DNA from: Vicugna vicugna | Taxonomy: Eukaryota | Assembly (NCBI GenBank): GCA_013265495.1 | Contig: MU057700.1 | Location: 589,502 to 653,501, forward strand | Reading direction: 5' to 3' | DNA length: 64,000 bases | Shown here: positions 27,386-39,289 of the stretch, piece by piece | How positions within the stretch are numbered: position 1 is the stretch's first letter | How the letters are laid out: each line of letters opens with the position of its first letter | Notes under the pieces: generated by a model | Database searches by the model: none | Seen by the model: the letters and a program-made list of their open reading frames with translations, nothing else | Told to the model about the DNA's origin: nothing | Program-made: the position numbers and the translations under genes

Positions 27386-27457
27386 AAAGAGAGAGAGGGG
27401 CAGAGGAAATGGTAATATCTTCCCAAGAGCATTTACACAGGAATAAGAATCACATTG

Positions 27458-28778
27458 TGATACTCTATAGAGAAAACCCAAAGGCTTCACACAAAAACAT
27501 AGGCAAAACATTATCTGACATAAATCTTAGCAATGTTCTCCTAGAACACTCTACCCAGGCAATAGTAATAAAAACAAAAATAAACAAATGGGACCTAATT
27601 AAACTTAGAAACTTTTGCACAGCAAAGGAAACCACAAGCAAAACAAAATGACAGCCTATGGAATGGGAGAAAATATTTGCATAGATGAGACTGACAAGGG
27701 CTTAATTTCCAGAATACATAAACAGCTTATGCAACTTAATAAGAAAAAAACAAACAACTCAATCCAAAAATGGGCAAAAGACCTAAACAAGTAGTTCTCC
27801 AATGAACACATACAAATAGCCAATAGGCACATGAAAAAAATGCTCAACATCATTAATTATCAGAGAAATGCAAATCAAAACTACAGTGAGGTATCACCTC
27901 ATTCCAGTCAGAAATGGCCACCATTAAAAAGTCCACAAATGATAAATGCTGGACAGGGTGTGGAGGAAAGGGGACCATCCTACACCGTTGGTGGGAATGT
28001 AGTTTGGTGAAGCCATTATGGAAAACAGTATGGAGATTCATCAAAAAACTAAAAATAGATCTACCATATGATCCAGCAATCCCACTCCTGGTCCTATATC
28101 CAGAGTGAACCTTAATTCAAAAAATACATACACCCAGTGTTCATACCAGCACCATTTACTATAGCCAAGACATAGAAACAACCTAAATGTCCATCAACAG
28201 ATGACTGGATAAAGAAGCTGTGGTATATTTATACAATGGAATACTACCCAGCCATAAAAAGAATAAAATAATGCCATTTGCAGCAACATGGATGGATCTG
28301 GAGAATGTCATTCTAAGAGAAGTGAGCCAGAAAAAGGAACAAAAATACTATATGATATCACTTATATGTGGAATCTAAAAAAAAAAAGAAAGAAAGATGA
28401 ACTTATTTACAAAACAGAAACAGATTCCCAGACATAGAAAACAAATTTATGGTTACCAGGACAGGAAGGGTGTGGGAAGGGATAAATTGGGACTTCAAGA
28501 TTTGCAGGTTCTAACTAACACAGAAAAAAATTAATGAACAACAAGCTTATATTGTATAGCACAGGGAACTATACTCAATATCTTGTAGTAACTTTGGTGA
28601 AAAAGAATATGAAAACATATATATATATGTTCCTATATGACTGAAACATTATGCTGTACACCAGAAATTGACACAACATTGTAAACTGACTATACTTCAA
28701 TAAAAATACATACATACATACATACATACATACATAAGTAAAATTTTAAAAGAAACAATATAAAAATATATTTTAAAA
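27458..28778 (+). mobile_element. 5'-truncated LINE-1 with internal deletion and perfect TSD
   Basis: 13-bp TSD aagaatcacattg at 27445-27457 and 28779-28791; tail contains (TACA)n. Confidence 0.95.
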
Positions 28779-28791
28779 AAGAATCACATTG

Positions 28792-29800
28792 GCATCAGAC
28801 TTTCAAAAGCAACACTGGGAGCAATAGAACAATTGAAAAATATTTTTAAGTATTGAAAAAAAGAACTTTGAAACTAGAATTTTAATCTCTAGCCAATATT
28901 TCACAAAAATCTTAGAGTATATTAAAAGAAAAAACATGCTCAGCCATATGTAGGGCCTCAAACTTGTCACTCAAAGACCCACAAAAAGTGACAATGAAAG
29001 TAGTTTTAAAGAAAATGAATAAGAAATAAGAAGAGAAACAAATTCAGAAGTATGATATAAAGATATGGGCAATAAAGTCTGTCAAATACATCAGCAAATA
29101 TTGTCTTTGTTTTATAAAGAAATGAGTGATTAAAAAAAGAAAGGAAGGAAGATAGGGAAAAATTAAGGTAAGAAGAAAAAAGTAGAAAGGAATGAAGGAA
29201 GGAAGGAAGAAAGGAGGAAAGAAACATAAAACCAAAGAAAAGAAAAGAAGAAAATATATTCATGACAACTAAGAACTAAGATTTTAAACAATATCATCAT
29301 GAGAGGAATTGGGGTAGCAGAAAGAAGAGATCAACAGTATTGTGAACATCTAGTGTACATCTGTAGGAGAAAAAATGTATATATTAATATGCTTAAGAAA
29401 ATAAAAGAGGTAAATAAACACATATTTGGATTTTAAGGCAATTGTCATATGAGTAAAGATAATGGTTATAACTTTTAAATTAACAAAAGAAAACAATATA
29501 TTCAATGGAAAAAAGTAAGTAATGGAAAATGAAATAAGTACACAGAAATAATTAGAGTAATTGCAAAAATATAAAAGGGTTAAATCCAACAATTAAAAGG
29601 CTGAGAGTAAAACAACAACAAAAAACTGTTCCAACAATACGTGGTCTCCAGAAGAAACTTTTAAACAAAGAGAAACAAAAGACTTGGGGGAGAAAAAAAC
29701 CTGGAAATAGACATTGCATGAAAATACAAACAAATAAATAAAAGCCTTGTGGAATAACTGTAATATGTATATTGCATAGTATCTGAAGTTTCATCAGTTA
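28792..29800 (+). mobile_element. Continuation of old host L1M (ORF1 end to ORF2 start)
   Basis: gaatcacattggcatcagactttcaaaagcaacactg continues the old ORF1 seen at 20150-20400; endonuclease-like start near 29560. Confidence 0.65.
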
Positions 29801-29977
29801 TATTATTTTATGTAAAGTAAGAAAGAAAAGAATCCCTACCAATTAAACCATGTCACGCTTATTATTTTGAGTTTTAATTTTATATGTATTAAAATAACTT
29901 TTAGACCTATTTAGATGTAGAATTATATCATACATCATCCTTGTTAATACATAAAAGAGAAGATTAAAACTTTTTCA

Positions 29978-32386
29978 ATTTCCAGTCAAGATGGAGGAGT
30001 GGTAGGACCACAATCTCACCTCTCCTCATGACTGCAACAAACCACAACTGAATGCTAAACAACCATTGGAAAAAGACTGGAAGCTAGCAAAAAAGATCTT
30101 CTGTAACTGAAAACATAAAGAGGGAACTACAGCATGATGGTAGGAAGGGTGTACTCGTGATATAATTGGACCCCATGCCCCCTAGGTGAGCGATCCACAA
30201 GCTGAAGAATAGTTAAGTTGCAGAGGCCCTCCCACAAGAGAGCTGTAAGCCCCATGTCAGACTCCCCAGCTTGGATCCCAGCACTGGGAAGAGGAGACCC
30301 CAGGACATCTGGTTTTGAAGGCCAGGGGTCTTGGCTCTGGGAGCCTCACATGACTGGGGGAAACAGAGACTCCATTTGCTTGAGAAACGTACACAGAAAC
30401 TCATGTGTACCAGTTCCAAGGGCAGAGGCAGTGATTTCATAGGAACCTAGTCCAGACCTGCCTTCTGGATTTGGAGGGTCTCCTGGGACAAGGGGGATGG
30501 CTGTGGCTCACTCAGGGGATATAAAAGCTGATGGTGGACATTCTGGGGATGTTCATCTACATGAGCTTTCCTGGAGGCTGACATCTTGATGGGATCACTA
30601 GCACCAAGACCTAGCCCCACCCAACAGCCTGTAGGGAAGCCTCAGGCCAAACAACATGTAGGGTGGGAACCTAGCCCCACCCATCAGCAGACTTCTTAAG
30701 CCACCAAGGCCTCTAGATGCAAACTTACCCACCACAGATCCAGGCCAAGTTTCACTCAGCAGTGGACAGGCATTGGCTCCTCCTGTCAGGAAACTTGCAA
30801 AGCCTCTAGTCCAGCCTCATCCACCAGGGGCAGATACTAGAAATAAGAAAACAACAGCCCCAAAGCCTGTGGAAGGAATTCACAAACAGAAAGATAGACA
30901 ATCTGAGGCAGCAAAGGAATATCTCCCAGGCCAAGGCATGAGATAAAATCCCAGAAGTAAGTGATGAGGAGATAGGTAACCTATCTAAGAAAGAGTTTAA
31001 AGTAATGATGGTGAAGATGTTCAGAGAACTCAAGAGGAGTATTGGTGCACAGAGTGAAATTTTCAGCAAAGAGTTGGAAAATATAAAGACTACCCAAACA
31101 GAGTTGAAGAATAAAATCGCTGAAATGAACAATATACTAGAACGAACCAAGAATACACTAAATGAGACAAAAAAATGGATCAGTGAACTAGAAGATGGAT
31201 TAGCTGAAATCACTACTTCAGAACAGAAAAAAAGAAAGAAAAAGAAAAAAGAATTAAAAGGAATGAGGATAGTTTAAGAGAACTCTGGGACAACATTAAG
31301 CACACTAATATTCGCATTATAGAGGTCCCAGAAAGAGAAGAGAGAGAGAAAGTACCTGAGGAAATTTTTGGAGAGATAATCACTGAAAACTTCCCCAACT
31401 TGGGAAAAGAAACAGTCACCCAAGTCCTGGAAGCGCAGAGAGTACCACACAGAATCAGCCCAAAGAGGAACACACCAAGGCACATAGTCATCAAATTGAG
31501 AACAATTAAGGATAAGAAGAAAATATTAAAATTAGCAAGAGAAAAGCAACAAGTAACATACAAGGGAATTCCCATAAGGTTATCAGCTGATTTTTCAGCA
31601 GAAACTCTACAGGCCAGAAGGCAGTGGCAAGATATATTTAAAGTGATGCAAGGGGGAAACTTACAACCAAGAATACTCTACCCAGCAAGGCTCTCGTTCA
31701 GACTTGATGGAGAAATTAAAAACTTCACAGTTTAACAAAAGCTAAAAGATTTCAGCACCACCAAACCAGCTTTACAACAAATGTTAAAGGACCTTCTCTA
31801 GTCATCAAACCATAAGAAAAGAGAACAAAAAGAAGAAAGAAAACAAAAAGAAAAAAGAGAAAAAAGAGAGAGACCTACAAAAGATTTCTTTGGTTGTTTG
31901 GTGTCTTTGGTGGTTTCTTATAAATTTTGGGATTGTTTTTTCTAGTTCTGTGAAGAATATCACTAGTATTTTGATGGGGGTTGTGTTGAACCTGTGGGTT
32001 GCTTTGGGTAGTGTGGCCATTTTGATGATGTTGATTCTTCCAGTCCAAAAGCACAAGAAATCTTTCCATTTCTTTGTGTCATTTCAGGTTTCAGAGTATG
32101 GGTAACCTCCTTGGTTAAGTTTGTTTCTCGGTATTTTGTTGTTTTTGATGTAATGGAAATATCTCTGCCAGTTACAAAATTCTGGTTTTTGAATGAAAAA
32201 AAAAAAGAATGAAGGGCTGCAAATGGCAAAATATCCTTCTTTTTTATGGGTGAGTTGTATTCATATATATATGTATACATATATGTATCTTTTCAACTAC
32301 TGATGTGCACTTAGGATGCTTCCATATCTTGGCAGTTATAAATAACTTTGCTGTTATAGCAGAGTGTATGTATCTTTTTGAGTTAA
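29978..32386 (+). mobile_element. Composite ORF1-only (HAL1-like) L1 derivative, copy 1, 3'-incomplete
   Basis: 5'UTR, disrupted ORF1 (about 30903-31801; GIPIRLSADFSAETLQARRQW), then antisense ORF2 piece 31883-32160, linker, antisense L1 piece 32216-32386; same junctions as copy 2. Confidence 0.85.
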
Positions 32387-32489
32387 TTCTTAATTTGTGG
32401 TTGGCTTTATTCTTTTGATAATTATGTAAGTTTAAAAAGCTAAATCTCTAAATGTTCTTAGAAACAATGAACAATAGATACATGTAAAT

Positions 32490-32832
32490 CAAAAGATATA
32501 TGTGCAGTAAAAAGAATGATCTATCAAGCCATGAAAGACATGCAAGAAACTTAAAAGACATGTTACTAAGTGAAAGAAGCAGTTTGAAAAGGCTACAAAC
32601 TGTACAATTCCAACCAATTGACATTCTGGAAAAGGCACAGCTACAGAAACAATAAAAAGATAGTGGTTCCATGGGTTTGGGGAGAGAGATGGGGGGAGGA
32701 ATGAATAATTGGAGAGCAAGGGATTCTTAAGGGAATGAAATTATTCTGTATGATACTATAGAGGCTACATGTCATTATGCATTTGTCAAAACCCACAGAA
32801 TGTACGACATCAAGGGTAAACCCTAATGTAAA
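32490..32832 (+). mobile_element. L1MC-type 3' fragment
   Basis: aagccatgaaagacatg...aaaggctacaaactgtac...gtcattatgcatttgtcaaaacccacag...aaccctaatgtaaa. Confidence 0.8.
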
Positions 32833-33904
32833 GAATAAAAAAAAAAAAAGGAACTAATTCCTGAGTCAACTAATGCTAAAAGGTTTGGAAGAAAAATAGA
32901 AACCATCAGCGGAGTCGCAGAAGGAAAGGCCAGTGAATTCATAAAAAACCAGAAATCAACAACGAAAACAATTATAGAAATGGTGTAATGTAATTAACTG
33001 GAATCTATATCATGGAAGCATTACAAAGAGAGAGACTGACTGTGTCAAATGAAGCCAATAAACAAAAGTGTGAATTGAGAAATCTTTTTTCCTGTGATAG
33101 AATTGTTCTGAAATGGGATTGTGAGGGAGACTCAACTCTGCACATTTACACACACAAAAACCAAAGAAGTCTGTATTTAAATGAGTCAATTTGTGGCATG
33201 TAAATTATACCTCAAGAAATCTCTTTCAAAATGAAGGAGTATTTAGCACATATCTACCCAATAGAGCTGCTCCCAGGTATTCGTCTCACAGGGTAAATGA
33301 AAACAGATATTTAGAAAAAAGATGCATCCATAAATATACAAAAATATTTATTCATAATAATCCACATTTGAACTAACCCAAATGTCCATTATTAAGAGAA
33401 TGGATTAATATTTTGTGATGTAATCTTACTAGGTCAAATTACTCAGCCCCACAAACAGAATGAATGGCATACTCAAATAAAAACATGTATCTCTAAAAAC
33501 ATTACTTAGAGACAGACATCAAAGTATACATTGTGATTTTTTTCATTTTTATCAAGTTCAACCCCCATCAAACTGATGGATGCATGTCATGAGAGTGTGT
33601 GTATTTCAATTGAAATGTGACAGAGGGTATATATTCTGTGTTAATGAATGTGATTCAAACATATGGTTCATACATTGAATTTTCTGATACTGTCAAGGGT
33701 TAGAAATTTGAAAGATTTGTGAAATCATAAACTTTACATTGACACATTTCACTATATTTTTATTGTATACAGATATAAACACAAAAAGAAAGAGATAAGA
33801 AAAAATTACCATTAGACAATAATGGAGAAAATGACATTTTAGTTACAACCCTCCCCTCTGACAACACCCCATCCTCCCTGTGACACTGACCAGATAACTG
33901 ACCA

Positions 33905-35110
33905 ATTCCGGATGTCAGTTGCTGGTTGGGTTCCAGGTGGAATGTTGGGGTGTCCCCCGGGGGCTTGTTGTGGCTGGTGGATCCATGGTAACTGCACAGA
34001 GCCCTGGGTGGATCAGTGCCATGGAGGGGCTACTGTCCTCTGTGGAGCTTGGCTTTGAGCTGATCCTCAGGAAGTTGAGTCCGGTCCTGGTTTTGCTGCT
34101 GCCCAATGGCCTGTGTTCTCAGTTCATGTTCCAGAGCCTCCACTGGGAGACAGTGTTGAGTCTGCCTTTCCTCACCTTGTTGGTTGGTGTCTTATTTCCT
34201 TTCAGACTTATTCAGTTTTTTAGAAGTCAACTTAATGGAAGACATGAAAAGCAACTGGCAAAAACACTGACTGCACAGATTGAGGAGAAATGCCACCTCA
34301 TCAACCAGCTTTGTGTGGCTAAATAGGAGTATGCCAGGATGGAGACAACTTTAAAGAATGCCAGGCTAGAGGAGCCAGTAAGTATACCCAACCTCGCTGA
34401 CACTTACAGAAAGTTGATGACGGTCAACCTGACTTCGAGGAATGAAATCAATTTTCTCATCCAAGAACTGAAGAGAGAGAGAGATCCCTGTAGTCTATAC
34501 AGGAAGAGATGGTGGAGACGCTAAAAGTGCTCATGTTCCTGGAAGAGGTCATGAGAATCAGCACATCACAAAGGGCTTTTACAAACCAGCCAGGGGATGG
34601 AGCACCAAGTCCTGATGGTCCCTTCCCCAGGAGTGGACCCTCATCTGAAAGCTGTGCTGTTCCCTCCCCTCCACTCAGGCCTCCCAAGCTGCCAGGCTGC
34701 ATTCACTCACTCAGTCAGATCTCCACCTGAGCTGCACCGAGGCCAGTTGATGGAGGGCAATCCCCTCCTTTGGACCAGAGTTCCTCCAACTTTACCAGTG
34801 AGGACAGCAGTGAACTCCCTCATGGTCAGCATCTCTCACCTAAAATACATTGGAATTCCCAGAACACGCCACGAAGCATGGGACTTTTTAAATATTCAGC
34901 AAATGTTTGGATTATCTATTACTAGTTGTGAAAGAAATGTTGTAATTGAACTGATCTTCTGCTTAGTTTGAATCTATATTAAGCCTCATTTATCAAGACA
35001 GTTTGGGTAACTTTTATATATCAGCAATGTAAGTAAAGTGTATATATAGTTATTCTGTGTACAAATATTGCATTATAATTTGAAAATGTATGCAATTTGT
35101 CAATATAAAC
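33905..35110 (+). pseudogene. Intronless cTAGE/MIA2(cTAGE5)-family pseudogene, short form
   Basis: ATG 34021: MEGLLSSVELGFELILRKL...LHWETVL...TM...RSQLNGRHEKQLAKTLTAQIEEKCHLINQL parallels cTAGE5 N-terminus (FPWELVI...RSRLYVGREKKLA..LSGLIEEK); in-frame TAG 34324-34326; frameshift in (GA)n near 34480; Pro-rich end to TGA 34730; cTAGE-like 5'UTR. Confidence 0.88.
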
Positions 35111-36799
35111 TTTTACATGGCCATAGCACTTATTTCTAGAGTTTAATTTTGAAGTCATAAGTTTAAGTCAAAGAACTTTTTTTTCCTGAGTATGCATAGT
35201 TTTTTTAAAAAGAGATGAACTTTTTAAAGATGAAGTTAAATTGTAGTCTTAAAAGAAACTTTTATCATTTAATTTTTATATTCTGCTATAACAATATCCA
35301 TAATAAAAGTAAATTTGATAAATTAAAAAAAAACTTTTTCACATCAGAGTATAACTCCTCTGAATTGCTTTTCCACTCAGTTACTCAAGCTTTTAAGTAC
35401 ACTAAAATGTTCTCCTGGATAATAATAGAATTTGTGATGAAGCATTGTTTAAGAGTGCTCCACTTTTCTCTTTGGCACTGTTTTCTTTTTCCTTCCAGGA
35501 CACTGACATCAATCTGCAAGTTGATCCTAGTGCTTTTATGATCTTACCAGAACTTGCCAGTGGAAGGTTTTCAGACAACAAACAGAAATCATTTTCTTTC
35601 TTCAAATAGATCTTAAATGGTTCGTTGATGGAATCATCAAGGGTCACACTCTGGTCATGCCTCATGAAATAATAACCAACTCAATTCACTTTTTAGTGAG
35701 TTTGTTCTTTATCTGGTCAGATGTATCAAAACAAATCTACTTGATTAGTTAGGTAGGTTCCTAGACACCTATTCCAGATTCTTTCAGTTAGTCTGCTCTC
35801 ACTTTACCTAATGTCCCACTTTTTTTTTTTTTTTTTTTTTGAACAGATTTGGGGAAATATCTCATTCTTAGTTATTGCTCTGTGGTTTAAAATTAAATAT
35901 AGTGGCAACTTTCAATTTTGGTAGTTATTCATAACACCATAGTGATGCACTACTTTTTATAACCTGTACTCATAATAAAGCAACTTTTGCAATGTCTCCT
36001 AAAAGCATGAGGGTTTTATTAGCATTTTTTATTTGATTTAATTTACAGTATCATGTTTTTGCTCAACTGAATCATGTATTACTAGAAGTTAAATAGCTTC
36101 AGATCAAGGCAGCAGGAAGTTCTGACAAAGTGATTTTTGACATCTTTGACTATAGTCCTGCATGACATATCAATAGGCCACACCAGCCTCATGTTGTTTT
36201 TAATTTTCTACATCCATCCCAAGGGATTTGATAAACTAACCTACCTCTGACCGGAGTACTTGGTGTGATAGGCAATATTTTTGCATGAGTCTTAGTAAAA
36301 AAAAAAGAAACATATCTCCATCTATTTGTGGGTATCTTCAGTTCTTGAGTTCCATAAAGCATTTGATTATTGCTTTGCATATTAATTTAAAATTTCCGTT
36401 ATTTTTCCAATGACAAATATTTGTTTTCTTAATATCAAATGCATTACCTCTTGCTCTACTTCCACATCTTTCCGCATATATTATAACTTTTCATTTCATT
36501 GCAAAATTGTAAGTTTTTGAAGACATTTTAAATAGCAGCTAAACTCAATATGTATAGTACCAACAATGCACATAACTCAATTGAAATAATGACAAAAAGA
36601 ATAGCTATCATTATGCACACATAAATGCAGGCAATGACAACTAGGCCACATCTGCTGCCTCCCTGACAGCAAGTGTAAGGAGCAACTCAATTTAGAGATG
36701 TCGAAATGTGGAAAGATGCTCGACTTAGAAACAATGAAATATGGTATCCCACAAAATAGAATTAGGATAAAACATTAGGGAAAATTAAAGATATTGTAA

Positions 36800-37222
36800 A
36801 CTACTTAAAGGAAAAATAAAATACACATACTACACTCATGAAAATATGTGTCACTACCATTAAAGCATCAAAATATATAAAGCCACAATGGACAAAAATT
36901 ACAGATATGAATAGATACACCAATATTTTAGCACCATTTCAGAAACTGATAGATCAAGATGACAAAGAAAATAAACACACATATCAAGATCTGAACACTA
37001 CAATTAACAAATACATAGAGAACTCTAAACCTAACAAGTAGTTGATACACATTGAATTAGAGTATATGTAGAACATGTACAAAAACTGACCATGCTTTAG
37101 GATGTAAAGAAAGCTGTAATGAGCACATATGGAACATAAACAAAAATTGACCATGCATTAGGATATAAAGAAAGCCCTAATGAATTCCAAGAGATCAATT
37201 TCACACAGAACAAGATTCCTAA
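36800..37222 (+). mobile_element. Old L1M ORF2 endonuclease-region fragment
   Basis: IKASKYIKPQ...QDLNTTINK...IENSKP resembles L1 EN; continues the host L1 left at about 29800. Confidence 0.7.
37060..37181. repeat. Diverged 61-bp tandem duplication
   Basis: 37060-37120 vs 37121-37181 (gaacatgtacaaaaactgaccatgctttaggatgtaaagaaagc vs gaacataaacaaaaattgaccatgcattaggatataaagaaagc). Confidence 0.85.
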
Positions 37223-38572
37223 CAGCTACCTGTAAAGAATAAAATTAGAACAGTCTCTAACGCAATATACAAAAATAAACTCAAAATTGATTAAAGATCT
37301 AAATGTAAGACGGGATACTATAAAACTCCTAGAGGAAAACATAGGCAGAACATTCTAACAAAAATTGCAGCAATATTTTTTTGAACCAGCTTCTAGAGTA
37401 ATGGAAATAAAAGCAAAAATAAACAAATGGAGCCTAATTAAACTTAAAAGCTTTTGCACAGCTAAGGAAATCATCAACAAAATGAAAAGACAACCTACAG
37501 ACTGAGAGAAAATATTTGCAAATGATGCATCTGACAAGGGACTAATTTCCAAAATATATAAACAGCTCATACAACTTAATTTATTAAAAAAAAAGAGCAA
37601 CCCAATCAAAGAATGGGCAGAAGACTTAAATAGACATTTCTCCAAAGAAGACATCTGGATGGCCAACAGGCACATAAAAAGATGCTCAGCATTGCTAATT
37701 ATTAGAGAAATGCAAATCAAACTACAATGAAGTATCACCTGACACCAATCAAAATGGCCATCATTTAAAAATCTACAAATAATAAATGCTGGAGAGGCTG
37801 TGGAGAAAAAGGAAGCCTCCTACACTGTTGGTGGGAAAATAAATTGATGCAGCCACTATGGAGGACAGTATGGAAGTTCCTTTAAAAATTAAAAATAGAC
37901 ATAAAATATGATCCAGCAATCCCACTCCTGGGCATATACCCAGAGAAAACTATAATTTGAAGAGCTATATGAACACCAGTGTTGACAGGACTATTTTTTT
38001 TTTCTGGAGGTTTATTTATTTATTTTAGAGGAGGTACTGAGGATTGAACCTAGGACTTTGTGCACGCTAATAATATGCTCTTTGACTTGAGCTATACCAT
38101 CCTCCCTTACAGCAGTACTATTTAAAAAAGCTAAGACATGGAAATAACTTAAATGTCCATCAATGGATGAATGGATAAAGAAGTGTGGTATATTTATACA
38201 ATGGAATACTACTCAGACATAAAAAAGAATAAAATAATGTCATGTACAGCAATATGGATGAACCTGGAGACAGCCATTCTAAGTGAAGTAAGCTAGAAAA
38301 AGAACAAAATATATCCTATGATATTGCTTATATGTGGAATCTAAAAAAACACAAACGAACTTATTTATAAAACAGAAACAGACTCACAGACATAGAGAAC
38401 AAACTTTTGGTTACCAGGGGATAATAGGGGTAGGAAGGAAGCAATTGGGAGTTAAAGATTTGCAGATACTAACTACTATCTATAAAGTAAACAACAAGTT
38501 CATATTGTATAGTACAGGAACTATATACAACATCTTGCAGTATTCTATAATGAAAAAGAAAATGAAAATGAA

Positions 38573-38613
<41 letters not shown>

Positions 38614-38707
38614 CTGAAACATTATGCTGTACATCAGAAGTTGACACAACATTGTAAACTGACTAGATTTCAATAAAAATAACACAAATTTGATAAAAGA
38701 AAAAAAT
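37223..38707 (+). mobile_element. 5'-truncated LINE-1 containing a SINE and (TA)n
   Basis: ORF2 C-terminal region and 3'UTR ending tttcaataaaaat; (TA)n at about 38580-38611. Confidence 0.93.
37994..38106 (-). mobile_element. tRNA-derived SINE (camelid type)
   Basis: Reverse strand has ggtatagctcaag A-box, ggttcaatcc B-box and aaataaataaa tail. Confidence 0.85.
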
Positions 38708-38810
38708 AATATCTATTTCATTAGGTTGTTTTGAGGATTAAATGAGAGACCATATGTAAAGCACCTAGTACATTTTCTAATCCACAATATGTGATTAATA
38801 AATGTTCGAT
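38708..38810. mobile_element. MIR fragment
   Basis: ggttgttttgaggattaaatgag...atgtaaagcacctag core. Confidence 0.8.
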
Positions 38811-39289
38811 TCCAGTCAATTCAATAAACATGTACCTAGGAAAAAAAAAGAACATATTTTCTAAGCCTAATACAATGTAACTAAAAAAGCATAAGAGACT
38901 TCTTTTAATCCCACAATTTTTGGAAATGAAAACAGCTTTTGGGTAAAAAAGAAATTGAGGAATAGTTAAACTAAAAGATAAAAACACAATTTGTCAAAAA
39001 AGTAGTTTTCACAAGGAAAATTATAGCTTTAAATGTATTTTTGAGAAAGTAAAATTAAGAACAAACTAAGCATTCAGATTTGAAAGGTGGAAAAAGAGTA
39101 ACAAAGTAAAGTCAAAGAAAGAAACAAGGCAGAAGGAAATTATAACCATCAGGGCAATGTTCAAGCAAATAAAACAATGGATAAGATTAACAAAATCAAA
39201 ACTGAAGTCTTTGTAAACATTAAGATAGACACACATCTCACAATACTCCTTAAGGATAAAAGACCAAAAAGTATAAAAGCAAATATGAC

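Noticed and set aside
33919..34326. Intact cTAGE gene
   Set aside because: Homology continues past the TAG at 34324 and a frameshift follows; called a pseudogene unless these are sequence errors.
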